64,000 nucleotides of DNA from contig DJPN01000022.1 in assembly GCA_002438565.1 (NCBI GenBank), positions 2,492-66,491 on the forward strand. Reading direction: 5' to 3'. Origin of the DNA: Alphaproteobacteria bacterium UBA6411. Lineage in GTDB: Bacteria > Pseudomonadota > Alphaproteobacteria > CAAGCB01 > CAG-977. The stretch's first letter is position 1; each line of letters opens with the position of its first letter. The translations under genes were made by a program, and so were the position numbers. Positions 38,818 through 48,132 of the stretch are shown piece by piece. The notes under the pieces were generated by a model. That model was not told where the DNA came from, searched no databases, and saw only the letters and a program-made list of their open reading frames with translations.

Positions 38818-39233
38818 TGTTCCCCCTCGTCTTCTTCGGCTTCGCGAGCCTTGGCGTCGGCGTCATCCTCCGCCCGTTCGACCAAAGCGTTGCGGCGGTT
38901 TTGTTCCTTTTGCGCGCGGTCGATTCCCTCGCGCTTCAGCCATTGCCAAGCACTGACTAAGCCGACCAGAAATCCCAGCAGCAGAAAGTTCAGCGTCCAC
39001 GACACCGACGCGACTTTGTGATTCGCGTCCATCCACCGCCCCAGCATCACGCCCAGAAAAGTCGGAATCGGAATGTTCCAGCCCAGCGCGCCCAGAAAAG
39101 CCAGCCCCATGGCGGGTTTGAAAGCGTCTTTGTCCGTTTTGTTGACCAAGTGACGCGACGCGCGGCGCGCCAGCCGTTCCGCCAAAGCGTTTTCGGTTTT
39201 CATCTGTTCTTTTTTGGCAAGTTCCAAATTCAT
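38814..39233 (-). CDS. atpQ: N-ATPase subunit AtpQ (AtpI/AtpZ-like)
   Basis: 139 aa with two TM segments (GLAFLGALGWNIPIPTFLGVMLGRW; LNFLLLGFLVGLV), lying after atpC. Confidence 0.68.
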   Translation of the reverse strand: MNLELAKKEQMKTENALAERLARRASRHLVNKTDKDAFKPAMGLAFLGALGWNIPIPTFLGVMLGRWMDANHKVASVSWTLNFLLLGFLVGLVSAWQWLKREGIDRAQKEQNRRNALVERAEDDADAKAREAEEDEGEQ

Positions 39234-39237
39234 AAAG

Positions 39238-41093
<1,856 letters not shown>

Positions 41094-41123
41094 TTAAAAA
41101 GATGCCTGTTTTTCGCCGATTGT

Positions 41124-43220
41124 TCAACCTTTATTTTCGGGAATTGACGGCGGCAAAGACGGCGGAGATTCGGGTTCCGCTGCGGGTTCGGGAGCGGGCG
41201 GCGCCGAATGGGTCATCATGGACGCGGGCATTTTGGGCATGCCGACGCCGACTTTTCCCAATGTCGATTTAAAGCCCTTGATAACGGGAATTTTAATCCG
41301 CTTGACGGGCGCCGCGTCGGGATTGGGCACGCTGTTTTGCTGGCGCGCAGCCTGCATTTGAGCGCGCTTCCACGCGGGCAAATCCTCGTCTTCGTTGCCC
41401 GTTTCGTTCAGTTTGAACGTCGGCGGAGGAGGCGGACGATCATCCACGTTGTCATCCATTTTTGCTTCGACGGTAACGGCTTCCTCGATTTGTTTGTTCT
41501 GCTCTTCGGGCGACAAAACGACGATTTCGACGCCTTTTTTGTCCTTGGGGCGAACGATTTTGACCAAATCGTCTGGACCGACTTTGTCATACATCATCAA
41601 AACCGCCAGCGGGTTTTCGATATGGTGCTGAATCAAGCGTTTGATTTCACGCACGCCGTTTTTGGCGATAAAGACTTCGTCCGCAAACCATTTGCGCGCT
41701 TCCAAAGTCAGTTCCGCGCGAATGTTCACGGCCTTGGCGCGCTTGACGAATTTATTCAAGTGAATGTCCACGATTGCCAGCAGGTTTTCCTCCGCCAATC
41801 CGTGGAACGGAATGATGTCGTCAATACGGGCAAGGAATTCGGGACGCAGGTTTTTGCGCAAAAACTCCATACGCTGATAACGCGGCAGGTTCGCGCCCAA
41901 GTTCGACGTCATAATCACCACCGTGTTGCGGAAATCGACCGTCAAACCTTTGCCGTCCGTCAAACGCCCTTCGTCCAACAGCTGCAGCATCAAGTTCAAA
42001 ATTTCGCTGTGCGCTTTTTCCATTTCGTCGAACAAAACCACTTGATAAGGGCGCAAACGCACGGCTTCGGTCAAAACGCCGCCCTGCTCGAACCCCGGAG
42101 TCCCCGGAGGAGGACCCAGCAGACGCTGAACGGACACTTTTTCCATGTATTCGGACATATCCAAGCGCAGCAAAGCCGTTTCGTCGTCAAACATAAATTC
42201 GGACAGCGCTTTGGCCAATTCGGTTTTACCGACGCCCGTCGTACCGATGAACAGGAACGTTCCCAGCGGACGGTTCGGATCCTGCAATCCCGACTTCATA
42301 CGTCTGACCGCGCCCGAAATGACGGAAATCGCTTCGGGCTGGCCGATAACGCGCCGCCCCAGAAAGTTTTCAAGGTCAATAAGGCGTTTTTTGTCCTCGG
42401 CATCGACCTTGTCCATCGGAATCCCCGTCCATGCGGAAATGATGTTCGCGACGTGCTGTTTGTTCAAAACGGTATCGGTCGTTTTCTTTTCGTCCAAATC
42501 CATCATCAAGCCCGTTGCGGCTTCGTCCAGCAAGTCAATCGCCTTTTCGGGGAACAGACGGGACTTGACGTAACGCCCCGCCATTGAAACGGCGTTCTGC
42601 ACGATTTCGTCATCAATTTGGATTTTGTATTTTTCCGCCAGACGCTTGCCCACCCCGCGCAGAATGTCCGTCGTTTCCGCGGGCGTCGGTTCTTCGACGT
42701 ACATGGTTTGCAGACAGCTCATCAAATCGGGGTCTTGTTCGATATACTGCTTAAAAGCGTTCAGTTCGGCTTCGACAACGCATTTGATTCCGCCGTCAAG
42801 GACTTTCGGCTTCAAAAACTTGGGAATTTCGGGGTTGCCGTTCGGCGTGCGCGCCAGAAAGCCCAAGTCGTTGATGTACAAAATCATCTGATCGCCCGCA
42901 GCCTGGATTTGCTGGAACGCTTCTTTCAAGTGTTCCTCGTATTCCGCCTGTGTTTTGGAATCAATCATCATCGTCGCGATGTCGACGCCGACCAGCTTGC
43001 GCCCCTGCAGTTTCGGCGGCACGCGGTTTTCCGCCAGCGCTTTGGCGAAACCTTCGACAATCGACGTTTTGCCGATGCCCGTCGGCCCCAGCAGCATGGG
43101 GTTGTTTTTCGTGTCGCGCAGCAAAATGTGCATCACGCGGCGCTGTTCCTTTTCGCGTCCGATGACCAGCTTCAGCGTGCCGTTTTTGGCTTTTTCGGTA
43201 TAGTCGACAATATAGCTCAC
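41124..43220 (-). CDS. Atypical Clp/Hsp100 AAA+ ATPase: no N-domain, no M-domain, degenerate NBD1 Walker B, Pro-rich C-terminal tail
   Basis: I place the start at GTG 43220, with GGGGGAGG 7 nt upstream and a GTGA overlap with the dapF stop. The track start at 43247 is TTG. NBD1 has GPTGIGKTS but ILYINDLG instead of hhhhDE. AIDLLDEA is present. NBD2 is intact (GTTGVGKTELA, VVLFDEMEKAH, GPPPGTPGFEQGG). The last ~170 aa are low complexity (DRPPPPPTF ... PPAPEPAAEPESPPSLPPS). Confidence 0.8.
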   Translation of the reverse strand: MSYIVDYTEKAKNGTLKLVIGREKEQRRVMHILLRDTKNNPMLLGPTGIGKTSIVEGFAKALAENRVPPKLQGRKLVGVDIATMMIDSKTQAEYEEHLKEAFQQIQAAGDQMILYINDLGFLARTPNGNPEIPKFLKPKVLDGGIKCVVEAELNAFKQYIEQDPDLMSCLQTMYVEEPTPAETTDILRGVGKRLAEKYKIQIDDEIVQNAVSMAGRYVKSRLFPEKAIDLLDEAATGLMMDLDEKKTTDTVLNKQHVANIISAWTGIPMDKVDAEDKKRLIDLENFLGRRVIGQPEAISVISGAVRRMKSGLQDPNRPLGTFLFIGTTGVGKTELAKALSEFMFDDETALLRLDMSEYMEKVSVQRLLGPPPGTPGFEQGGVLTEAVRLRPYQVVLFDEMEKAHSEILNLMLQLLDEGRLTDGKGLTVDFRNTVVIMTSNLGANLPRYQRMEFLRKNLRPEFLARIDDIIPFHGLAEENLLAIVDIHLNKFVKRAKAVNIRAELTLEARKWFADEVFIAKNGVREIKRLIQHHIENPLAVLMMYDKVGPDDLVKIVRPKDKKGVEIVVLSPEEQNKQIEEAVTVEAKMDDNVDDRPPPPPTFKLNETGNEDEDLPAWKRAQMQAARQQNSVPNPDAAPVKRIKIPVIKGFKSTLGKVGVGMPKMPASMMTHSAPPAPEPAAEPESPPSLPPSIPENKG

Positions 43221-44023
43221 GCAAAAACCTCCCCCGTAAAAGCGCAATGCGTCGCGCCCGTCATCAGAATATCTCCGTTGTCGTCCAGTTCAATCACCAA
43301 AGACCCGCCGTCCATTTTGATTTCGGCTTTGCGCGCGCTCAGCCCCCGCCGCACCGCCGCCGTCAAAGTCGCGCACGCCCCCGTGCCGCAGGCTTCGGTA
43401 ACGCCCGCGCCGCGTTCCCATACCCGCATGCGGACAAGGTCGGGCTTGACGACCTGCGCGAATTCGACGTTCACGCGTTCGGGAAACATCGGATGCGTTT
43501 CGACAAAGCTTCCCCACTTTTCAACGTCAAAGTTTTCGACATCGTCGACAAAGAAAACGGCGTGCGGATTGCCCACCGACACGCAGCACGGTTCGGGCAG
43601 TTCTGCGGAAACGCCTTTAACCGCCAGAGTGTCTTGAGTTTCGGCAATCGGAATTTCGTCCCAATTCAAGCGCGGCTTGCCCATATTGACGGAAGTCAGC
43701 CCGTTTTCCGCGCGCCAAGCTTTCAACAGCTTGCCGTCGGGAGCTTCCATTGTCAGCGAATCGACGCCCTTTTCATCCATCAGCAGCTTTGCCGTGCAGC
43801 GCGACCCGTTGCCGCACGCGCCCGCCGACGACCCGTCCGCGTTGAAAAACAGGATTTTAACATCGGCTTTGTCCGACGGTTTCAGCACGATTAACTGGTC
43901 AAAGCCGACGCCCGTTTTGCGGTTGCCTATCGCTTTGATTTCGTCGGGCGTCAAATCGACGCCGCGCATAATCACGAAATCGTTGCCCAGCCCGTCCATT
44001 TTGATAAAGGGGATTTTTTTCAT
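43217..44023 (-). CDS. dapF: Diaminopimelate epimerase
   Basis: The ATG at 44023 (ATGA overlap with the dapL stop) gives MKKIPFIKMDGLGNDFVI ..., with NADGSSAGACGNGSRC and ERGAGVTEACGTGA (the two catalytic Cys). Confidence 0.93.
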   Translation of the reverse strand: MKKIPFIKMDGLGNDFVIMRGVDLTPDEIKAIGNRKTGVGFDQLIVLKPSDKADVKILFFNADGSSAGACGNGSRCTAKLLMDEKGVDSLTMEAPDGKLLKAWRAENGLTSVNMGKPRLNWDEIPIAETQDTLAVKGVSAELPEPCCVSVGNPHAVFFVDDVENFDVEKWGSFVETHPMFPERVNVEFAQVVKPDLVRMRVWERGAGVTEACGTGACATLTAAVRRGLSARKAEIKMDGGSLVIELDDNGDILMTGATHCAFTGEVFA

Positions 44024-45219
44024 AAGCTCAAATTTCCGATGCGTTCCAAAGCTTTCAAAGTGTTTTCGCGCGTTCCGAACGACGTCAGGCGGACATAGCC
44101 TTCGCCGCACGCGCCGAAACCGCTGCCCGGCGTGCAGACCAGCTGAGCGTCGTGCAGCAGTTTTTCAAAGAACATCACCGACGTCATTCCCATCGGGGTC
44201 GCCAGCCAGATATACGGCGCGTCCTTGCCGCCGTAGACGGTAAAGCCTTTTGCCTGCAAGCCCTCGCGAATCAAGCGCGCGTTTTCCATATAGTAGTCGG
44301 TCATCGCCTTGACTTCGCGTTTGCCCTCGTCGGAAAACACGGCTTCGGCGGCGCGCTGAATAACATACGCCACGCCGTTGAATTTCGTGCAGTGACGGCG
44401 GCTCCACAGCGGGTTCAGCTCGACTTCCGCCCCCGACGGCGCCATTGCTTTCAACGCGTGCGGCACGACCATATAAGCGCACCGAACGCCCGTAAAGCCC
44501 GCCGTTTTGGAAAACGACCGCAGTTCAATCGCGACTTCTTTCGCGCCGTCGATTTCGTAAATGCTGTGCGGAATGCTGTCTGTGCGGATGTATTCCTTGT
44601 ACGCGGAATCGAAGATGATGACCGCTTTGTTCTGTTGGGCGTAACGCACCCATTGGGTCAATTCCTCTTTGGTCATGACTGACCCCGTCGGGTTGTTGGG
44701 CGAACACAGATAAATCAAATCGCACGCCGTTTTGGGCAAAGCGGGCGAAAATCCCGATTCGCGCGTGCAGGGCAAAAACGTCAAAGAACGCCCCGCCATG
44801 ATGTTCGTGTCGCGGTAAACGGGATAAACGGGGTCGGGAATGGCGACTTTCGCCGTCGTGTCGAAAATTTCCTGAATGTTGCCGACATCGCATTTGGCGC
44901 CGTCGGATACGAAAACCTCGTCCGCCGCGATATCGATGCCGCGCGCTTTGTAGTCGTTGTCGACAATCGCTTGGCGCAAAAATTCGTAGCCCTGCTCCGG
45001 ACCGTAGCCGCGCATGGTTTCGACCGCGCCCATTTCGTCGGCGGCTTTGTGCATCGCCTTGATGCAGGCGGCGGGAATGGGCTGCGTTACGTCGCCGATG
45101 CCCAGACTGATAACCTCGGCCGCGGGGTTTTGTTCCTTGTACGCCTTGATTTTGCGGGCGATTTCTTGAAACAGATAGTTGGCGGACAAATCAAAATAAT
45201 GAGGGTTTGCTTTAATCAT
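44020..45219 (-). CDS. dapL: LL-diaminopimelate aminotransferase
   Basis: The ATG at 45219 follows AAGGTG. MIKANPHYFDLSANYLFQEIARKI ... VISLGIGDVTQPIP ... FVSDGAKCD ... SFSKTAGFTG is collinear with plant/chlamydial DapL. Confidence 0.85.
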   Translation of the reverse strand: MIKANPHYFDLSANYLFQEIARKIKAYKEQNPAAEVISLGIGDVTQPIPAACIKAMHKAADEMGAVETMRGYGPEQGYEFLRQAIVDNDYKARGIDIAADEVFVSDGAKCDVGNIQEIFDTTAKVAIPDPVYPVYRDTNIMAGRSLTFLPCTRESGFSPALPKTACDLIYLCSPNNPTGSVMTKEELTQWVRYAQQNKAVIIFDSAYKEYIRTDSIPHSIYEIDGAKEVAIELRSFSKTAGFTGVRCAYMVVPHALKAMAPSGAEVELNPLWSRRHCTKFNGVAYVIQRAAEAVFSDEGKREVKAMTDYYMENARLIREGLQAKGFTVYGGKDAPYIWLATPMGMTSVMFFEKLLHDAQLVCTPGSGFGACGEGYVRLTSFGTRENTLKALERIGNLSL

Positions 45220-45238
45220 TTTTTGCACCTTAAATCAA

Positions 45239-45526
45239 TCAAGCGTTTTTCAAAACAGGGGCGTCATAGACCTGCTGCGGTTCGCCGTCGGCGTCCAGCT
45301 CGCACACCAGAATTTGGGGGGATTGTTCGATTTTTTCGCGAATGGCATCGGGAATATGCTCCAGCGAAATCCGCGGCGTGTCGGCGGAACGGAACAAAAA
45401 AGCGTCCGAATTCTGCAATGTGAAAAACGGGTCTTTCGCCAAGCCCCCGATTCCGCTGAACATTAAAACGGGTTCGTCCCCGTCGTTGGTCGTAAAATCA
45501 TAATCCCGCAATTTAATGACAGTCAT
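45239..45526 (-). CDS. Hypothetical 95-aa acidic protein
   Basis: The ATG follows AAGGA. The composition is host-like. I recognised no family. Confidence 0.5.
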   Translation of the reverse strand: MTVIKLRDYDFTTNDGDEPVLMFSGIGGLAKDPFFTLQNSDAFLFRSADTPRISLEHIPDAIREKIEQSPQILVCELDADGEPQQVYDAPVLKNA

Positions 45527-45652
45527 TTTACCGTCCTTTATCCTTTAACTTTTCAAGCAGTTCAGTCTAATCGAATTTTTCCCCCTTTGCAAAGGATTAA
45601 GTAACAAAAACGGCACGGCGCGCAAGCAAGGCTTGTTCGGTGTTTTTTTTAT

Positions 45653-45681
45653 TTGAAAGATCACCGTCTGTTTTGTAAACT
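45653..45681 (+). promoter_or_regulatory. Near-consensus sigma70 promoter driving the structured RNA / methyltransferase operon
   Basis: TTGAAA lies at 45653-45658, followed by a 17-nt spacer and TAAACT at 45676-45681. The predicted start is ~45688-45690, right at the first hairpin. A perfect 12-bp palindrome CCTTTGCAAAGG (45584-45595) lies upstream. Confidence 0.5.
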
Positions 45682-45687
45682 GGCTTT

Positions 45688-45961
45688 GTCCGCGCAAAAT
45701 CGGTTTGTGCGGAAAGTGCCTTAGCGGGTGCGGAGCCGTGAGAAAGCTCTAATGTTGTTCGGCGTGGGTATGCGTCGTAATTCGTGTTGTTTAAGTACGA
45801 ACACGAAAAAGTATCCCCGAATCTGTTTATGGTTCGGGGGGCTTTCGGCGTATGTTCAAAAGTCCCGATTTGAATCGGATAACTTTAAAGGTCGAAAGGG
45901 TCTTGTAACAACATTATGACTTTCTCAACTCCCCGAACCGCTTTAGGGCGGTTTTTGGGGA
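45688..45961 (+). ncRNA. Unclassified ~270-nt highly structured RNA (leader or independent ncRNA) preceding the methyltransferase-nuclease pair
   Basis: There is a 9-bp hairpin at 45690-45712. A 7+10-bp closing helix pairs 45740-45759 with 45907-45926 and encloses hairpins at 45781-45807, 45815-45839, 45840-45864 and 45865-45878. A terminal hairpin lies at 45931-45960. The G-T pairs (45694/45708 and 45841/45863) are compatible only with plus-strand transcription. Confidence 0.5.
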
Positions 45962-45967
45962 TTTTTT
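45931..45967 (+). terminator. Intrinsic terminator / RBS-sequestering hairpin abutting the methyltransferase ATG
   Basis: CCCCGAACCGC (45931-45941) pairs with GCGGTTTTTGGGG (45948-45960). A T6 tract at 45962-45967 follows, and the ATG is at 45968. The only purine-rich SD candidate (GGGGA, 45957-45961) is the 3' arm of the stem. Confidence 0.65.
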
Positions 45968-46981
45968 ATGGCTAAAGCAACAGGAAACGCAAAACTGCAC
46001 CAAGCGCAACACAATGGAAACGATGAATATTACACGCAACTGTCCGATATAGAAAACGAACTGAAACACTATAGAAACTTTTTCAACGGAAAAACCGTTT
46101 TCTGCAACTGCGACGACCCGTATGAAAGCAATTTTTTCAAATACTTCGCTTTGAATTTCAATGCACTGGGTTTGAAAAAACTAATCGCGACCTGCTATTC
46201 GGCATCGCCCGTTATGGGGCGGGAACTGCCGTTGTTTGACAGAATGAACGGGAAAAAAGCGTACAAAATCGAAATTACCGAAGTAATTGACACGAATAAC
46301 GACGGCGCGGTCGATTTGTCCGATGTTGAATATTTGATAAAACACGGGAAAAACACTTTAAGCGTTTTGGAGGAAAACGGTGATTTTCGCTCAGCCGAAT
46401 GTGTTTATTTATTGAATCAAGCCGATATTGTCGTAACAAATCCTCCGTTCAGCCTGTTTCGGGAATATGTTGCACAACTGATTGAATTTAAAAAAGAATT
46501 TTTAATTGTCGGCAACAAAACGGCAATTACTTATGCCGAAATTTTCAAATTGATAAAAGAAAATAAAATTTGGTTGGGATATACCCCGAAAATTAAGCGT
46601 TTTCGAGTCCCTGATTATTACGAGGGAAAACTGATTTCAAAAGAAAGTGACGGGAAAAAATACGCAAACAATGTCGGAAATGTTTCGTGGTTCACAAACT
46701 TGGACGTTTCTATCAGAAATGAAAAAATTGTTTTGTATAAAAAATACATTCCGGAGGAATATCCGAAATACGACAATTACGACGCGATTAACGTGGATAA
46801 AGTCGCTGACATTCCAGTCGATTACGACGGCGTGATGGGCGTTCCGATTACTTTTTTGGACAAGTACAACCCGAACCAATTTGAAATCGTCAAATTCAGA
46901 AAAGGAAACAATGAACGGGATCTGTCAATCAACGGAAAATGCCCGTTTTTCCGCATTTTAATCAAAAGGAAAAAATCATGA
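45968..46981 (+). CDS. N6-adenine DNA methyltransferase, EcoRI-methylase-like family
   Basis: 337 aa. It has NDEYYTQ near the N-terminus, DIVVTNPPFSLFREY (NPPF at 46439-46450) and VMGVPITFL. The composition is AT-rich. Confidence 0.82.
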   Translation: MAKATGNAKLHQAQHNGNDEYYTQLSDIENELKHYRNFFNGKTVFCNCDDPYESNFFKYFALNFNALGLKKLIATCYSASPVMGRELPLFDRMNGKKAYKIEITEVIDTNNDGAVDLSDVEYLIKHGKNTLSVLEENGDFRSAECVYLLNQADIVVTNPPFSLFREYVAQLIEFKKEFLIVGNKTAITYAEIFKLIKENKIWLGYTPKIKRFRVPDYYEGKLISKESDGKKYANNVGNVSWFTNLDVSIRNEKIVLYKKYIPEEYPKYDNYDAINVDKVADIPVDYDGVMGVPITFLDKYNPNQFEIVKFRKGNNERDLSINGKCPFFRILIKRKKS

Positions 46982-48054
46982 AAATCGAACTGCATCAAAT
47001 CACCATCCGCGACGTTTTCAACGGTTATCGAAACAATGACGAAAACGGCGTCGTCGGATACGGCGGAAAGCTGAACATCCGCCCGCCGTATCAGCGCGAA
47101 TTCGTCTATGACGACAAAAAGCGAAACGCCGTTATCGAAACGGTTTTCAAGGGTTTTCCGCTGAACGTGATGTACTGGTCGAAAAACGCCGACGACACTT
47201 TTGAACTGCTGGACGGACAGCAAAGAACGCTGAGCCTGTGCGCTTACGCCAACGGGGACTATTCGTTTAACAGCAAATATTTTCACAACCTGACGGAAAC
47301 GGAAAAAAATCAGATTCTGGATTACCCGCTGATGATTTATGTTTGCACGGGCAACGACAAAGAACGGCTGGACTGGTTTAAAACAATCAACATCGCGGGT
47401 GAAAAACTGACCGACCAAGAATTGCGCAACGCCAATTACACGGGAACTTGGCTGACCGATGCCAAGCGACATTTCAGCAAAACGAATTGCGCCGCTTACA
47501 ACTTAGCAAGCAAATATATGAACGGTTCGCCGATTCGGCAGGATTATTTGGAAACGGTGCTGCGCTGGATAAGCGCGGACAATATCGAAGACTATATGGC
47601 GCAACATCAAAACGCCCCGAACGCAATCGAGTTGTGGCTTTATTTTCAAAGCGTCATCGCTTGGGTTCAAGCCGTTTTTCCGAAATACCGCAAGGAAATG
47701 AAAGGGCTCGACTGGGGGCGGCTGTACAATTCGTTTGGGAATCAAAACTTTGGCAACTTTGAAGCGCAAATTGCAAATTTGATGGAAGACGAAGACGTTT
47801 CCAACAAAAAAGGCATTTACGAATATCTGCTGTCGGGCGACGAACGGAAATTAAGCTTGCGCACGTTTTCGGACAAAATGAAACGCGAAGCTTACGAACA
47901 GCAAAAAGGAATCTGCCCCAAATGCGGGCAACATTTTGAATTTGAAGAAATGGAAGGCGACCATATCGTTCCGTGGAGCAAAGGCGGACATACAACGGCT
48001 GGCAATTGTCAAATGCTGTGCCGCCGCGACAACGGAATCAAATCCAACCGTTAA
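46978..48054 (+). CDS. DUF262 (ParB/Srx-fold, DGQQR) - HNH endonuclease fusion
   Basis: The ATG at 46978 overlaps the MTase stop (ATGA), giving 358 aa. It has IRPPYQREFVYD and LLDGQQRT (DGQQR at 47212-47226). The C-terminal CPKCGQHFEFEEMEGDHIVPWSKGGHTTAGNCQMLCRRDNGIKSN is a canonical HNH. Confidence 0.85.
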   Translation: MKIELHQITIRDVFNGYRNNDENGVVGYGGKLNIRPPYQREFVYDDKKRNAVIETVFKGFPLNVMYWSKNADDTFELLDGQQRTLSLCAYANGDYSFNSKYFHNLTETEKNQILDYPLMIYVCTGNDKERLDWFKTINIAGEKLTDQELRNANYTGTWLTDAKRHFSKTNCAAYNLASKYMNGSPIRQDYLETVLRWISADNIEDYMAQHQNAPNAIELWLYFQSVIAWVQAVFPKYRKEMKGLDWGRLYNSFGNQNFGNFEAQIANLMEDEDVSNKKGIYEYLLSGDERKLSLRTFSDKMKREAYEQQKGICPKCGQHFEFEEMEGDHIVPWSKGGHTTAGNCQMLCRRDNGIKSNR

Positions 48055-48085
48055 GACATTAAAGATGAGATATTGAATATAAAAA

Positions 48086-48110
48086 CGGCTCCGTAAAAAA
48101 AACGGAGCCG
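48086..48110. terminator. Hairpin between convergent genes (a better terminator on the minus strand)
   Basis: A CGGCTCCGT / ACGGAGCCG 9-bp stem with an A7 loop. On the minus strand it is followed by TTTTTA. Confidence 0.6.
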
Positions 48111-48132
48111 CTTGAATTTGCTAAACCGCTTA

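Noticed and set aside
45728-45919. A 63-aa GTG-initiated ORF inside the structured intergenic region.
   Set aside because: It has no SD and a GTG start. The ORF is threaded through long inverted repeats and hairpins that are better explained as RNA structure. A small peptide cannot be fully excluded.
45740-45926. A retron msr-msd interpretation of the a1/a2-like inverted repeat.
   Set aside because: No reverse transcriptase gene is present in the islet or nearby. The downstream genes are a methyltransferase and a DUF262-HNH nuclease.
45688-45961. The possibility that the structured RNA is a tRNA, two-piece alphaproteobacterial tmRNA, RNase P RNA, SRP RNA or 6S RNA.
   Set aside because: It has no cloverleaf and no 7-nt T-loop with GTTCRANYC. 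It has no 3' CCA context and no ANDN-type tag reading frame. It lacks the RNase P GGAAAGTCC-type core in the right context and size, and it lacks the SRP GGAA tetraloop domain. The multi-branch fold is unlike the 6S rod. Rfam scanning is still needed.
48080-48110. Shared short words between the left edge of the islet (AAAAACGGC at ~45605, CGGAGCCG at ~45731) and the right-hand hairpin, as possible att or target-duplication sites.
   Set aside because: These are only 8-9 nt matches, both on the same side in a way that does not reconstruct a duplicated target. I judge them coincidental.
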